DNA of 64,000 nt from Polyangiaceae bacterium (GCA_044376115.1 JBILLK010000033.1:48320-112319), one strand, 5' to 3'. Shown: positions 1-9,973, counted from the first letter of the stretch. Notes: generated by a model from the letters alone, not told the origin. Translations and numbers: made by a program.

Positions 1-1071
1 ATCGATCTTCTTGGTCAAGCGAGCCGCGACCCTTCCCGTCGCCGTGGTGTTCGGATTGTGCGTGAACCAGTTGAAGATCGAATCCCCATCGAAGGTCGGA
101 TGATAGTGATCGACATCGAGCCCAGCTGTCACATGCGGGCCGATATACGCTTCCAAGCCACCGAAAGCCGAGGGCACCAGCTCGTTGTAGAGGTCGTAGC
201 TGAAGCCACCCTTCAATCCGCCGAGGTCGGTTTTCTCAATGTTGGCGGCGTACCCGATTCTGTCGCTGGAAACGCGTAGTCCGCTCACCGTCGGGTAGCC
301 CGTCGCGGGATCCTCGAACTGTCGAGTGAACACCTCGCCGGTGTTGTACACGCGGCGGTAAGTGAGCCTGCCGTGCAGCCAGTTCGGACCAGCGCTCTCG
401 ATCGCGATGCCAAACGCCGGCGCCACGGCTGGCTGAAGGAACGACGGAAAGTCGCTCGACCGTGGTCCGGTACCGTCGTCGTTGTCGAAGCCGCTGTGAT
501 CACCTCGCCAAACGCCCTGGCTCTCATATCGCGACGTCGATAGAAAAAGTCCGCCGCGCTGTTCGAGCCCGCCGTAGGCCTCCACGTCAAAAAACGCTGG
601 CGTGTGCAAGCGCACGAGCCCGCCGTCGAAGGACCACCAACCGAGTGCATCGGTGACGTTCTGCCGGCCTGCCCGAAAGGAAAGCCAGCCATCGGCCAGG
701 TGCTTTCCCTCAACGTACGCCTGCATCAGGTCCATCCGAGCGGCGCTCACGCCAGGTAAGAAACGCCCGCCCCCAGCCTGGTCGAAGTCGGTCTCGGCCG
801 CGTCCAGTCCGAAGTCTGAGTTGACCCTGAAGATCACTCGAGCGTTGTAGTCAGCCTTGCCGGGAACGAAGTCCCCTTGGAGGTGATAAAGGCTGAAACC
901 CAGCGTCCCGAGCAGCCGCCGACGCTCCACGTCGTAGCCCCAGGGCGAGGCGACCTCATACCCCTGGAACGCCATCGTTCCGGTGAGCTCAACGTCTGCC
1001 GCGCGCGCGCGCGAAGGCGCCGCGACGCACAGCACAAGCACCCCAACCAACAACTTCTTATTTGCTGCCAA
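1..1071 (-). CDS. Exported, probably outer-membrane beta-barrel protein (3'-truncated by window edge; absent from ORF track)
   Basis: Manual translation of the minus frame from TTG 1071 is open to position 1: MAANKKLLVGVLVLCVAAPSRARA-ADVELTGTMAFQGYEV...LSFRAGRQ...WWSFDGGLVRL...FDGDSIFNWF. It has a signal peptide ending ARA and alternating aromatic beta-strand patterns. Start uncertain. Confidence 0.7.
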   Translation of the reverse strand, partial: MAANKKLLVGVLVLCVAAPSRARAADVELTGTMAFQGYEVASPWGYDVERRRLLGTLGFSLYHLQGDFVPGKADYNARVIFRVNSDFGLDAAETDFDQAGGGRFLPGVSAARMDLMQAYVEGKHLADGWLSFRAGRQNVTDALGWWSFDGGLVRLHTPAFFDVEAYGGLEQRGGLFLSTSRYESQGVWRGDHSGFDNDDGTGPRSSDFPSFLQPAVAPAFGIAIESAGPNWLHGRLTYRRVYNTGEVFTRQFEDPATGYPTVSGLRVSSDRIGYAANIEKTDLGGLKGGFSYDLYNELVPSAFGGLEAYIGPHVTAGLDVDHYHPTFDGDSIFNWFTHNPNTTATGRVAARLTKKID

Positions 1072-1171
1072 GCCGACCGCATACTCCGCGATGCACGCGG
1101 GAACTGTCAACTCGTGAACCAGCCGTTGGCGCCGATGCGGTGCAGCCGAGCGCCGGGCTCGGCGTCACAGC

Positions 1172-1921
1172 TCAGTGTCTAGAGAAGCCACCATCCGCCC
1201 CGAGGCGGTAATCGTAAACGTCCTTCATCGAAGTTCGGGCTTGCTCCAGCAACTCTTCAGGCACCTTCCAGGAGCGAGCAACGAACCCGTCGCAGATCTT
1301 GTTCTTGATCCGAACCGACTCCTCCTCGGCCATGGCGCGAAGGATTGGCGGAATGCTCTTCGGGTTGCCTTGCGCGAAGGTCGCGGCAATGGCGTGGAAG
1401 CGCACGTTCTCGTTCACGTCCTCGAGAAAGCGCTCTGCCGCCGCTCGGACTTCATCACCGTGAACCTCCTCAAGCGCGCTCAAAACCTGCAACTTAGGTT
1501 CAACGTTTCTCGAGTACTCGGTGTCTTGTCCTTCAGCCAAGGCAAGCAGCTTCTCAATGTAGGCAGGCTCGTCGAGGATCTCTTTCAGCATCCGAAGCGG
1601 CCAGGTCAGCACCTCGGCGCGCTCGCAAAAAGCCAGAATAGCCGGCACTGCGGGCTCTCCAACCTCAATGATTCCCGCGTAAGCGGTGTCCTTCTCCTCC
1701 TGATCGGTGATCGACGGGTCGATTGAGAAGGTGAATCGCTTGAGCAACGCGGCAGCAGCCTCGGGCGTTCCCATCAGGCAAAGCTGCTGAATAGCCTCCG
1801 CACGGTCGTAGGTTTGTGCTCGCTTGTCCGCGACAACCTTCGCTGGCCCGCTCACCTTCTTTTCGGCGGAGGTAGCGGGAGGAGGCGAAGAACCCTTCTT
1901 GAGGAAATCGAAAAAGCCCAT
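1172..1921 (-). CDS. HEAT-repeat domain protein
   Basis: 249 aa with helical repeats such as FLEDVNENVRFHAIAATF and EEESVRIKNKI; no signal peptide. Confidence 0.75.
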   Translation of the reverse strand: MGFFDFLKKGSSPPPATSAEKKVSGPAKVVADKRAQTYDRAEAIQQLCLMGTPEAAAALLKRFTFSIDPSITDQEEKDTAYAGIIEVGEPAVPAILAFCERAEVLTWPLRMLKEILDEPAYIEKLLALAEGQDTEYSRNVEPKLQVLSALEEVHGDEVRAAAERFLEDVNENVRFHAIAATFAQGNPKSIPPILRAMAEEESVRIKNKICDGFVARSWKVPEELLEQARTSMKDVYDYRLGADGGFSRH

Positions 1922-1965
1922 ACGCGAAGTCCAGGGAGCTTGGGTCGGGTGTTACAAAAGCGCAA

Positions 1966-2020
1966 GCCCCTCGATCGACTGACTCGAGGGGCCGCAACGT
2001 ACTCAGCTTGCGCTGAGTAC
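1966..2020 (-). terminator. Twin hairpins after the beta-barrel gene pair
   Basis: GTACTCAGC-ttgc-GCTGAGTAC (1999-2020; GCAA loop on minus) and GCCCCTCGA-n9-TCGAGGGGC (1966-1992), followed on minus by TTGCGCTTTTGT. Confidence 0.5.
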
Positions 2021-2919
2021 TACTCCGAAACTTCGAGATCCGGGAACCGGAAGATGAAGTTGACGGTGATCATTGAGTTGAAGCGGAACTCGCGGTCTTC
2101 ACTGTTGACCGCATTGTCCGGGAAGTCCCCATCCGGCGGCCCACCAAAGTTATCGAATCCAGCCGTATTCAGGGCGAACGGTAGACCGCGAAACTCTGCG
2201 CCGAATCCAAAGATCTTGGTCGGATAGAAGTTGAGGCCAGCACCGAACGTAGGGGCAACCGTCACTCGGCTCTCCAGGGCGTAGTTGCCCGCGCACTGCG
2301 GAAGGGCAGCTCCATCCGCGTCTTTACCGCACGCTGCTCGCTCCTGAAGCCCGACGATCGCCGGCCCGAGGAAGAAGTTGACGTCAGTGTCGACGAAAAG
2401 CACCGAAAACAGCGAAAGCTTGCCGCGGAAGGGAACGAAGGTCACCTCAGGGGCCACGACCCACTGTAGCTTCGCGAGCTGGTCATCGAAGAGATTCCCT
2501 CGCGTAAGGTTGACAGCGGTGAGCTTGCACTCTTGGTTGTTCGGGTTTCCGTCGCAGTTACGCTCGTCGATTGCTTTCTCTTGGAGCTGGTCTGAGAGGC
2601 CAGTCGTGTACTGGAAGCCGTAGCCACCCCAGATCCCAGCGCCGAACCAGTCGGTGAAGTGATAGGAGGCACGTAGGCCCGGCATGATCGTTCGAGAGTA
2701 CTCGTCCAGAAGAGTAAACGAGATACTGGGCGTCACCTCAAACCGGCCATCTCGATGAAGTCGCAACTTCCGGACAGCAGGCGCTCCGGCGAGTGGTCCG
2801 GTCAGTTGAATCTCTTGCGCCTCGGCCTCGGTAGCGGTCCCCAGGGTCAACCCCGTGAAAGCGGCCAAGCCAACAGCGCAGAGAGCGAAGGTCTTCGTTA
2901 CACTTTTTGATCGCAGCAT
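2020..2919 (-). CDS. Myxobacterial outer-membrane beta-barrel protein, GltA/GltB/GltH family
   Basis: ATG 2919 with GAGGT RBS; signal peptide ending AEA; RFEVTPSISFTLLDEY, FVPFRGKLSLF and amphipathic strands; paralogous to the upstream gene; near glt genes. Confidence 0.75.
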   Translation of the reverse strand: MLRSKSVTKTFALCAVGLAAFTGLTLGTATEAEAQEIQLTGPLAGAPAVRKLRLHRDGRFEVTPSISFTLLDEYSRTIMPGLRASYHFTDWFGAGIWGGYGFQYTTGLSDQLQEKAIDERNCDGNPNNQECKLTAVNLTRGNLFDDQLAKLQWVVAPEVTFVPFRGKLSLFSVLFVDTDVNFFLGPAIVGLQERAACGKDADGAALPQCAGNYALESRVTVAPTFGAGLNFYPTKIFGFGAEFRGLPFALNTAGFDNFGGPPDGDFPDNAVNSEDREFRFNSMITVNFIFRFPDLEVSE

Positions 2920-2930
2920 CGCGCAAGACC

Positions 2931-3923
2931 TCACTTGGGCAACCGGTACTCCCACGTCGGTGGGAGGAATATGGAGAAACCGAGTTGGGCTTGGACGTTG
3001 TTGGTCCAGCTAACCTCATCCGCGAGCCAGAGGCTCGGGTCTTGTGCAAGCGGCTTGCCTTCAGCATCAACACCGGCCGGAATCTGCTGATTCTCGAGCT
3101 CGTCCGGGAAGATGTAGTCCCGGAGCTCAGCGTTGATGGCGAACCACCGATTGAAGAAGATACGCAGGCCAAGACCGAGGTTGAACGAAACCTTGGGTGA
3201 CCAGTCGAAGGTGCGATTGTCCGGATCCACGACAGCGATCGGGCGGGTGCTGATCGCACCAACGCCGCCCACCACGTAGATGTCGTAGTGAAAGATGAAG
3301 TCGCTAAACCCAGCGAATTTGCCGTACACCGGGACGTACAAGAAGTTCGCGTTGGCGTTCCACTGGTACTCGGTAATTGACTGACCAATGCGACCGGCGC
3401 GGCTGGTCTGAAGGTTAAACGTCGAAGGGTTGTTAAAGTAGTAGTTGCCGTTGAGGCCAACGCCGATGACGTTCGTGATGTAGAAGTTCGTAGCGAGACC
3501 AATGCTCGGATGTGCGACGAACTGATCGTTCATCGTCAAACCTGCATACGGAGCAAGCTCGAAACGAAGCTGGCGAAGAGCGTAGATCTGCTGCACCGCG
3601 TAGATCTCAGGGTTGAGATCACGTGCAGCCGCCTTCTTTAGGTCGACCGACTTGCATGCGTCGGGGTCAATGGCGCAAAGCTCTTCCAGACCACCGCCGG
3701 CAGGCTCCTCTCCCGTAGCGGGATCGGTCGCAACAGCAGGATCTGTTTCAGCGCCAGGTGCGGGTTCCTCCGTAGGATCCGCAGCGGGTTTCTCTTCGGT
3801 TTTAGTTTCGGCTTTCTTCGGTTGAGCCATTGCGTCGGTTGGCGCTACCAACCCCGCAACGACATTCAGACCGGCTCCGACGAGCGCGGCTGCAACGAGT
3901 AGCCCCACGCGAGCCTGGTTCAT
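2931..3923 (-). CDS. Myxobacterial outer-membrane beta-barrel protein, GltA/GltB/GltH family
   Basis: ATG 3923; signal peptide and acidic linker, then IYAVQQIYALR..RFELAPYAGLTMNDQFV, YVPVYGKFAGF, GLGLRIFFNRWFAINAELRD and VQAQLGFSIFLP. Confidence 0.8.
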   Translation of the reverse strand: MNQARVGLLVAAALVGAGLNVVAGLVAPTDAMAQPKKAETKTEEKPAADPTEEPAPGAETDPAVATDPATGEEPAGGGLEELCAIDPDACKSVDLKKAAARDLNPEIYAVQQIYALRQLRFELAPYAGLTMNDQFVAHPSIGLATNFYITNVIGVGLNGNYYFNNPSTFNLQTSRAGRIGQSITEYQWNANANFLYVPVYGKFAGFSDFIFHYDIYVVGGVGAISTRPIAVVDPDNRTFDWSPKVSFNLGLGLRIFFNRWFAINAELRDYIFPDELENQQIPAGVDAEGKPLAQDPSLWLADEVSWTNNVQAQLGFSIFLPPTWEYRLPK

Positions 3924-4347
3924 CGCCGTCCCTTCCGCTCCGAGCCCACGAGGCCCTGTCGATTCATGTGAAGTCACCTTCGGTTTCGGTGCGCAAACTT
4001 CGCGCGTGGCAACGGTTCCGCTTGTGCTCAGCGAGGGTCCGCTGGGCGAGCCCGGCGGACGATAACAGAAAACGGGTTCCGTCAATCCAGTCAGTTAGCA
4101 CTTCGAGCAAATCCTTTTTTGGGGGCGCTCGAAACACCAACACCCTCTCATGCGTCGGGCAAAGCCCCGGAATCATCCGCTAGAACACTGCGACGGGTGC
4201 CCATCTTTCGATCGGCAGTCGAGTGCGCGAGAGGACGAATTAGCGTAAGTTGCTGAATTTAATGCGCAATTTGAACAAGCAATAAAGCGTCAGGACTATA
4301 TCACGGTAGAATTTGACGAATCAACAGCCAAAGTGAGGCGCGGGTTC

Positions 4348-5685
4348 TTATGCCGCCCGTTCCGACGACTCTGCGCTACTTCCGAGCAACGCCTCAACAA
4401 ACTCTGCCGCGTCGAAGTCCCGCAAGTCTTCAGCCTTCTCCCCAACGCCGATGTAGCGAACAGGCACTTTGTGTTCGGCTGAAATTCCGAGGATGACGCC
4501 ACCCTTCGCTGTCCCGTCCAGCTTGGTCAATACGATGCCAGTTAGCGGTAGTGCTTCCTTGAAGAGTGCCGCCTGTTGAATTGCGTTTTGACCGTTCGTG
4601 GAGTCGAGCACGAGCAACGTCTCGTGCGGGGCGCCGTCCATCGCTTTCGTCATGGTGCGAGCGATCTTCTTCAGCTCGTCCATGAGGTTGGTCTTCGTGT
4701 GAAGGCGTCCCGCGGTGTCTGCAAGAACAACGTCAGCACCGATTTCTTTGGCCTTCTGGATCGCGTCGAAGATCACGGCGCCTGCGTTCGCTCCTTCAGC
4801 GCCCGTGACAACCTCGCAGCCGGCCCGCTTTCCCCAAACGAGTAGCTGGTTCACTGCTGCGGCACGAAACGTATCCCCAGCCGCGAGCACAACCTTCGAC
4901 CCCTCGCGGGTGAGGCGCGTCGCTAGCTTGCCAATCGTGGTCGTCTTTCCAACTCCATTGACTCCCACCACCATTACAACCGTCGGCTTGGTTTCGAAGA
5001 CGAGTGCGCCTCCACCATTGTCAAGTAGCTCGGTGGCCTTACCACGCAAGGCATCCCATACCTTTGCCTCGTCCGTAAGCTCGCCACGTGAGAGCTTGCC
5101 TTTGACCGCGTCCACCAGCTCTTGCGTCGTCGCGACACCAACGTCGCTGCTCAGGAGGATCTCCTCCATTTGCTCGGCGATGTTCGGATCAATCTCTTTG
5201 CGACCCGTGAAGAGAGCCTTCAATCGACCGAAGAATCCCTCGGTTTCACGAGCGCGGGCGAGGCCGCGCCGAAGCCCAGCGACATCCTTCGCTCGTTTGG
5301 GCGCCGCTGGTTTGGCAGACACGCGGCTTGCTTCAGTTCGCTTGGTCTCGGTCTTGGTCGGCTCGCTGAAGTCGCCCTTGGGCTCTGGAGCTGGCTTTGC
5401 TGCCGCTTGCTCTGGCTCTTGTTTGGCGGGCTTTTGTGCCTTCTCAGGCTTCTCAGCCTTTTCAGCCTTCTCAGTTCGCGGCTGCTCCCTGGCGGCCTCT
5501 TTCGGCGCAGCGGCAGGCTTCTCGGGTTGAGGACGCACACTTGGTGCGGACTTGGCAGGAAGCTTCTGGGGCTTCTCAGCCTCTAGTTCCTCTACCTCAG
5601 CGCTTTCAGTTTTCTTCGATCGGAGGAAGAAGAAGATCGCCGCGAGGACGGCGATGCCAATCAGGACGAAGACGAAGTTGGGCAC
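4348..5685 (-). CDS. ftsY: SRP receptor FtsY
   Basis: GVNGVGKTTTIGKLA, AAGDTFRAAA, DTAGRLHT and TKLDGTAKGG; N-terminal TM plus a Lys/Pro/Glu linker. Confidence 0.97.
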   Translation of the reverse strand: MPNFVFVLIGIAVLAAIFFFLRSKKTESAEVEELEAEKPQKLPAKSAPSVRPQPEKPAAAPKEAAREQPRTEKAEKAEKPEKAQKPAKQEPEQAAAKPAPEPKGDFSEPTKTETKRTEASRVSAKPAAPKRAKDVAGLRRGLARARETEGFFGRLKALFTGRKEIDPNIAEQMEEILLSSDVGVATTQELVDAVKGKLSRGELTDEAKVWDALRGKATELLDNGGGALVFETKPTVVMVVGVNGVGKTTTIGKLATRLTREGSKVVLAAGDTFRAAAVNQLLVWGKRAGCEVVTGAEGANAGAVIFDAIQKAKEIGADVVLADTAGRLHTKTNLMDELKKIARTMTKAMDGAPHETLLVLDSTNGQNAIQQAALFKEALPLTGIVLTKLDGTAKGGVILGISAEHKVPVRYIGVGEKAEDLRDFDAAEFVEALLGSSAESSERAA

Positions 5686-5762
5686 GCGGACTCCTGTGGG
5701 CGGGGACTATATGAACGGGTTCGGCAGCAAGCAACGTGCGGCGACGATCGAGTCTTCTTTTG

Positions 5763-7589
5763 TCAACTCACGCGGTCCGCCAAGGGATTGGCTGGGGAAG
5801 CTTCAGCGTGGATTGGAACCGTCGTCGGTTCATTGCCCACAACTTCGGCCTCAATGTCTCGCGTGACTGGGGCTGGACCAAACGCAACCACTTCAACGCG
5901 CGTAGCCCAGCTCTCGACTCGTTCGGCACCCGTACGTGCAGCCACGCGTCGAACGTGCCCCGGCGTCGGTTCCCGCGCTGAGTCGAAAGGAGTTCCTCGC
6001 ACGCGAGCCCATCGTACCAGCCGATCCAAAAGTGCGCGGCGACGAGTCACCAGTGCGACTCGCAGAATGGAGGGGGCTGGCAGCAGCTGTTCGTACGTGG
6101 CGTGGAACTCGCCCTCGACCAGCAGGCGCGCGTCTTTCGGGACGTCAGGCACTTCAAGGGAGAAGGTCCCATCCGCCTCGCTCTTTGTTTGTGCAATCAC
6201 CGTTCGTCGGTCGAACGAAAGGGTGAAGATGCTCAAGTCAGCGTTTGCCACGGCAAACCCATCGTGCGCGTCCGTTACCTGGCCCTTCCAACCTTTGAGG
6301 CCGCTCGGTCGTTCAAGCACCAAGATCTCGGGCCGGCCCGACGGGGGCGGAGGTATCGCAGAGTCCCGACTTTCGGACTTCGGCGCTCGCCTCCACTTAA
6401 GGACGATCCAAGCGACCAACGCCGCACCAAGCACTGCAAGTGCAACCTGGCGCAGTGGGTGCGGTCCTTTCGCGTGAATTGTGGAAACCCCAGGAGGTCC
6501 GGGTTGCCAATACGGCGTGTTGGCCGAGTAGCGTACGTTGATCTCTACCGTTCGCTCAACGCCGCCCGGAAAGGTGATCAGTAACTCTGCGCGGCCGTCT
6601 TGCACCGGAGCTGCGCCCACGGGCTTGCCGTCGAGCGTTGCCTCGACGAGACCGCCTGCGGCAGGTCCCCGTTGGCTTGTTACCGATGTGTCGATCCGAA
6701 TGCCGTCGTCGGGATCTCCTTCAACCCGCTCGGGGAGCTTGATCTCCACCTTTACAGTGCGGGTCACCTGCGCCGAAACCTTCGAACCGGCAAGCTGCCG
6801 GTCGCCCGCGAATTCAGCCCGTAGTTCACCATCTCCGGGGGGGCCAAGTGCCGACGACTTCACCTCAAAGCGAGCCTTGCCGTCGCCCCGTGTTGTGGCC
6901 GTCGCGACTACTTGGCCTCGCTCGTCCACCAGATTGATCGCCAGCCCTTCGTGTCGACTTGCCGGTAACAGCATGCGGGCTGCGTCCGCGCGAGCGATGC
7001 GCACCGTGACGCCCATCACGTGTTGGTCCTTTTCGAGATCGAGCACTGCCGGCGGAGCGTCAAAGCGAAGGGAGGTGCTTGCTCGCTGCTCGCCCTCCGG
7101 AGTGACAACCGCGTCAGCTTCTGAACCGTCGAAGAACTTATTGCCTCCGTACTTCAGCGAAAAGCTGCCGCGAGAGGTCCGACCCGGCCAAACAATACAA
7201 AACATTCCACGTTCGTCCGTGGTGACGCTGGCCGTGGTTCGCCCTTCCGTTCGGACGAGAGTATCCTCTCCAGGGCAGGCGCCGATGCCGTCCAGGTTGA
7301 GCTGAGTCGTTCCGTCTCGCGCCTCGAGTTTGAGTGCAGCGCGCCCAAGTGATGCTCCAACCTCGTCGAGCAGCGCGCCGCGCACCATGACGTCAGCGGT
7401 CCTGCCGACCGCAATGACCTCGAGGGAACTTGCGCCTCGCACCCTTAGCTCGACCGCGCGCGCTGTGCGCGAAATCAGGAGAACAGGCAGGCATAGTACG
7501 GCGAGGAGGAGGTACGATTTCACCAGCCTCTCGGTAAAGAGCGCCCAGCTGTCACGAGCGGGCTGGTGGGCGGGTTCAGTCGTCCTCAT
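5763..7589 (-). CDS. Uncharacterised membrane protein with Ig-like/carboxypeptidase-regulatory-like beta domains
   Basis: Signal-like segment (YLLLAVLCLPVLLISRTARA), repeated beta-sandwich motifs (TTDERGMF, TTRGDGKARF, SEADGTFSL) and an internal TM (VALAVLGAALVAWIVL). Start taken at ATG 7589, uncertain. Confidence 0.65.
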   Translation of the reverse strand: MRTTEPAHQPARDSWALFTERLVKSYLLLAVLCLPVLLISRTARAVELRVRGASSLEVIAVGRTADVMVRGALLDEVGASLGRAALKLEARDGTTQLNLDGIGACPGEDTLVRTEGRTTASVTTDERGMFCIVWPGRTSRGSFSLKYGGNKFFDGSEADAVVTPEGEQRASTSLRFDAPPAVLDLEKDQHVMGVTVRIARADAARMLLPASRHEGLAINLVDERGQVVATATTRGDGKARFEVKSSALGPPGDGELRAEFAGDRQLAGSKVSAQVTRTVKVEIKLPERVEGDPDDGIRIDTSVTSQRGPAAGGLVEATLDGKPVGAAPVQDGRAELLITFPGGVERTVEINVRYSANTPYWQPGPPGVSTIHAKGPHPLRQVALAVLGAALVAWIVLKWRRAPKSESRDSAIPPPPSGRPEILVLERPSGLKGWKGQVTDAHDGFAVANADLSIFTLSFDRRTVIAQTKSEADGTFSLEVPDVPKDARLLVEGEFHATYEQLLPAPSILRVALVTRRRALLDRLVRWARVRGTPFDSAREPTPGHVRRVAARTGAERVESWATRVEVVAFGPAPVTRDIEAEVVGNEPTTVPIHAEASPANPLADRVS

Positions 7590-7614
7590 TCGGCCGTGTT
7601 TGTCGCAGCGTGCA

Positions 7615-7651
7615 CGAGTCATTCTGTTTGCGGAATCAACCTTCGGTTGAA
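7615..7651. repeat. Dispersed palindromic repeat, copy 1
   Basis: CGAGTCATTCTGTT-n6-ATCAACCTTCGGTTGAA; 33/37 identical to 41351-41387. Confidence 0.8.
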
Positions 7652-7860
7652 GACCCAATGCAACGTATCTCAGCGCTCTTCGCACTACTAGGTGGCATGT
7701 CTTCCCACCGACTTTTGCGGCCAGTGAAGCGAACGCCTGCTCCCGTCGTCTTAGACTGGCCGGTGAGAAGTCCGGCTTCCCCTTGGCACGGCGGCAAGCG
7801 GGAGTACTTCCGCGCGGTTGTGGGAGGCTCTGAATTGTTCGTTGGTGTATGGTGATTCGG

Positions 7861-8691
7861 ATGGTCGACGTGCGAGTCGGAGTCCCAAGTATTTCGTTCG
7901 CGCGCTGGCTGCTCGCGTCGGCTGTGGCGCTCATAGCTGTGCTTCTGGTCAACCCAGTTCACGCTGCTCCGAAGGTCGAAGATCTCGCTAAGCAGCTCTC
8001 CTCCGACGACTTCCGGGTTCGCACACAGGCGGCGCTTGCTCTCGGGGCTTCGGGAGACAGTGCTGCAGTCAAGCCGCTGTGTGGCGCGCTCAAAGACTCG
8101 AACCAAACGGTGCGGCTTGCTGTGGTCGCCGGGCTTGGCAAGCTCGGGCGTGATGAGGGTGCAAAGTGCATTCGCGCTGCAAAGCCCGAAGAGAAAGACG
8201 CAGCTGTTACGCAATCGATGGACAAGGCACTTGATAACATCGCTCTCGGCGGTGACCCTCCAGTGCCTGGCGCCGCTGCGAAGTACTACGTCGCAATTCA
8301 AGTGGTGAACCGCACTAACCGCTCTCAACTAGAAGTCGAAGGTATTGTTCGCCGAGCTCTTTCGGCCAAGCTCTTGAGCAACAGTGCGAACGCAGTTGCT
8401 CCAAGGAACGAGTCCAACCAGCAGGCGACCAACATCGTCAACGCCCGTAAGTTGAAGGGGTACGTACTGTCTGCGAGCGTCGAGCCGTTCAGTTATGCCG
8501 GCGGTAACTTGACGGTAGTGCTCAAGGTTTCGATGTCAACGTACCCAGACCGCTCGCTAAAGGCTGAGTTCTCTCCAAAGCTAACGCAAAAGGACACACC
8601 TAAGGAGGATGCGGCAGCTGAGCGAGTGCTCGTGAAGATGGCTGCGGAGAACGCTGCTGACAGTTTCACGAAGGTCGTTGCGTCGCTTTGA
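7861..8691 (+). CDS. Exported HEAT-repeat protein
   Basis: Signal peptide (..VNPVHA-APK); HEAT repeats SDDFRVRTQAALALG and LKDSNQTVRLAVVAGLGKLG; C-terminal alpha/beta domain. Confidence 0.75.
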   Translation: MVDVRVGVPSISFARWLLASAVALIAVLLVNPVHAAPKVEDLAKQLSSDDFRVRTQAALALGASGDSAAVKPLCGALKDSNQTVRLAVVAGLGKLGRDEGAKCIRAAKPEEKDAAVTQSMDKALDNIALGGDPPVPGAAAKYYVAIQVVNRTNRSQLEVEGIVRRALSAKLLSNSANAVAPRNESNQQATNIVNARKLKGYVLSASVEPFSYAGGNLTVVLKVSMSTYPDRSLKAEFSPKLTQKDTPKEDAAAERVLVKMAAENAADSFTKVVASL

Positions 8692-8741
8692 CACATCGCT
8701 CTGCGCTCGATTTTTAACTTCTGCGAGACCGCCGACGTAGC

Positions 8742-9590
8742 ATGAAGGTGCCCATGTCTGAATCCCCCGACCCTTCCATGCAGAGCCCTCGACCGCGTTA
8801 CAAGCGCAGCGCGCGGAACTACCTGCTCGACCCAGTCTTCCAGCTTAAGTACACGGGTTTTCTTGTCCTAATCGCGTTGGCTTTATCGGCAACCCTCGGC
8901 ATCCTCATCTATCGAGCGAGCACTGAGATTGTAGAGCAAACCAGTCGCACCGTTGAGGAAGGCAAGGAGACGGTCAAACAAGGTCAGTCCACGGTCGACC
9001 GTCAACGCGACCTCATCAGCTTGTCAAATAAGTTGAATGAGGTGGTCAAGTCGCAGATCGATACGTGCTACCCGGGGCAAGAGGAGCTTGCGAAGAGCTT
9101 CTCCGATGCGGCTGCTCAAGATGGGGCGAAGTTAGCCGCGGAGCAAAAGCGACTCGAAGACGATAAAGGTCGACTCGACGCGCGTGCCATTAAGCTCGAG
9201 CAGGACGTCGTCGAGGTGAAGAAGCGCCAAGGCACAATTCTCATCGGACTCGTCGCGGTGCTCTCTGTGCTCGTGTTTGCGATCGGAGTTGCCGGAATCG
9301 TGTTTACTCACAAGATCGCCGGACCGATCTACAAGATGAAACGCCTCTTTCGCCAGCTAGGGGAGGGGAAGCTGATTCTTCGCGAGAAGCTCCGCAAGGG
9401 CGATGAACTTCAGCATTTCTTTGAATCCTTCGAAGCGATGGTTGAGCAGATGCGCGATCGGCAGCGGGCCGAAATCGAGATGCTTACGGCAGCCATGACG
9501 AAGCTTGAGGAGAGCGGCAAGGCCGATGAAGAAGGCATGATTGCGCTCAGATCGGTTCGCGCCGAGATGCAAGATCACCTGGAGGCGTGA
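8742..9590 (+). CDS. HAMP-domain membrane protein without a recognisable output domain
   Basis: Two TMs flanking a coiled coil, then THKIAGPIYKMKRLFRQLGEG...LRKGDELQHFFESFEAMV (HAMP); short helical tail. Confidence 0.75.
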   Translation: MKVPMSESPDPSMQSPRPRYKRSARNYLLDPVFQLKYTGFLVLIALALSATLGILIYRASTEIVEQTSRTVEEGKETVKQGQSTVDRQRDLISLSNKLNEVVKSQIDTCYPGQEELAKSFSDAAAQDGAKLAAEQKRLEDDKGRLDARAIKLEQDVVEVKKRQGTILIGLVAVLSVLVFAIGVAGIVFTHKIAGPIYKMKRLFRQLGEGKLILREKLRKGDELQHFFESFEAMVEQMRDRQRAEIEMLTAAMTKLEESGKADEEGMIALRSVRAEMQDHLEA

Positions 9591-9604
9591 GCCCAAGCGC
9601 TCGT

Positions 9605-9973
9605 CTAGAATGCGGCTTCTACGTGTTCGATCAGCGGCGTCCCATCCCCGGTAAACGTCACGCTCACTAGATCAAAGCGCATCCGTTCAACCGAGAAATC
9701 CCGAGCGAAGTGCTTTCGCCAAAGTGCCGTTCCAGCCGCTCGGACGCGTGAACGCTTGCGCCAGTCGACGCTCGTAAGTGCGGGTACCCACGAACCAGCG
9801 GAGCGGGTCCGGACCTCTACGACAACCACAAGCTCACCGCGGCGAACGAGCAGATCGACTTCAAGGCGCCCAACACGGAGATTGCGACCGAGGACGATGA
9901 ACCCGTGTTCCGACAAAAAAGAAGCGGCCGCATTTTCGGCGGCCCTTCCAAGTTCAGTCTTGCTCAGCTGCAA
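9605..9973 (-). CDS. yraN: YraN (UPF0102) family nuclease-fold protein
   Basis: LGRAAENAAASFL, ILGRN-like VLGRNLR, EVDLLV, VVVEVRTR and RFDLV. Confidence 0.9.
   Translation of the reverse strand: MQLSKTELGRAAENAAASFLSEHGFIVLGRNLRVGRLEVDLLVRRGELVVVVEVRTRSAGSWVPALTSVDWRKRSRVRAAGTALWRKHFARDFSVERMRFDLVSVTFTGDGTPLIEHVEAAF

Noticed and set aside
834..1082. 82-aa ORF from ATG 1082 and other short ORFs in 58-1182
   Set aside because: They are out of frame with, or antisense to, the long open minus frame 1071-1, which has clear protein features.
7590..7952. N-terminal extension of the 729-aa ORF
   Set aside because: It overlaps the divergent gene at 7861 and the intergenic repeat; the signal-like segment begins later.
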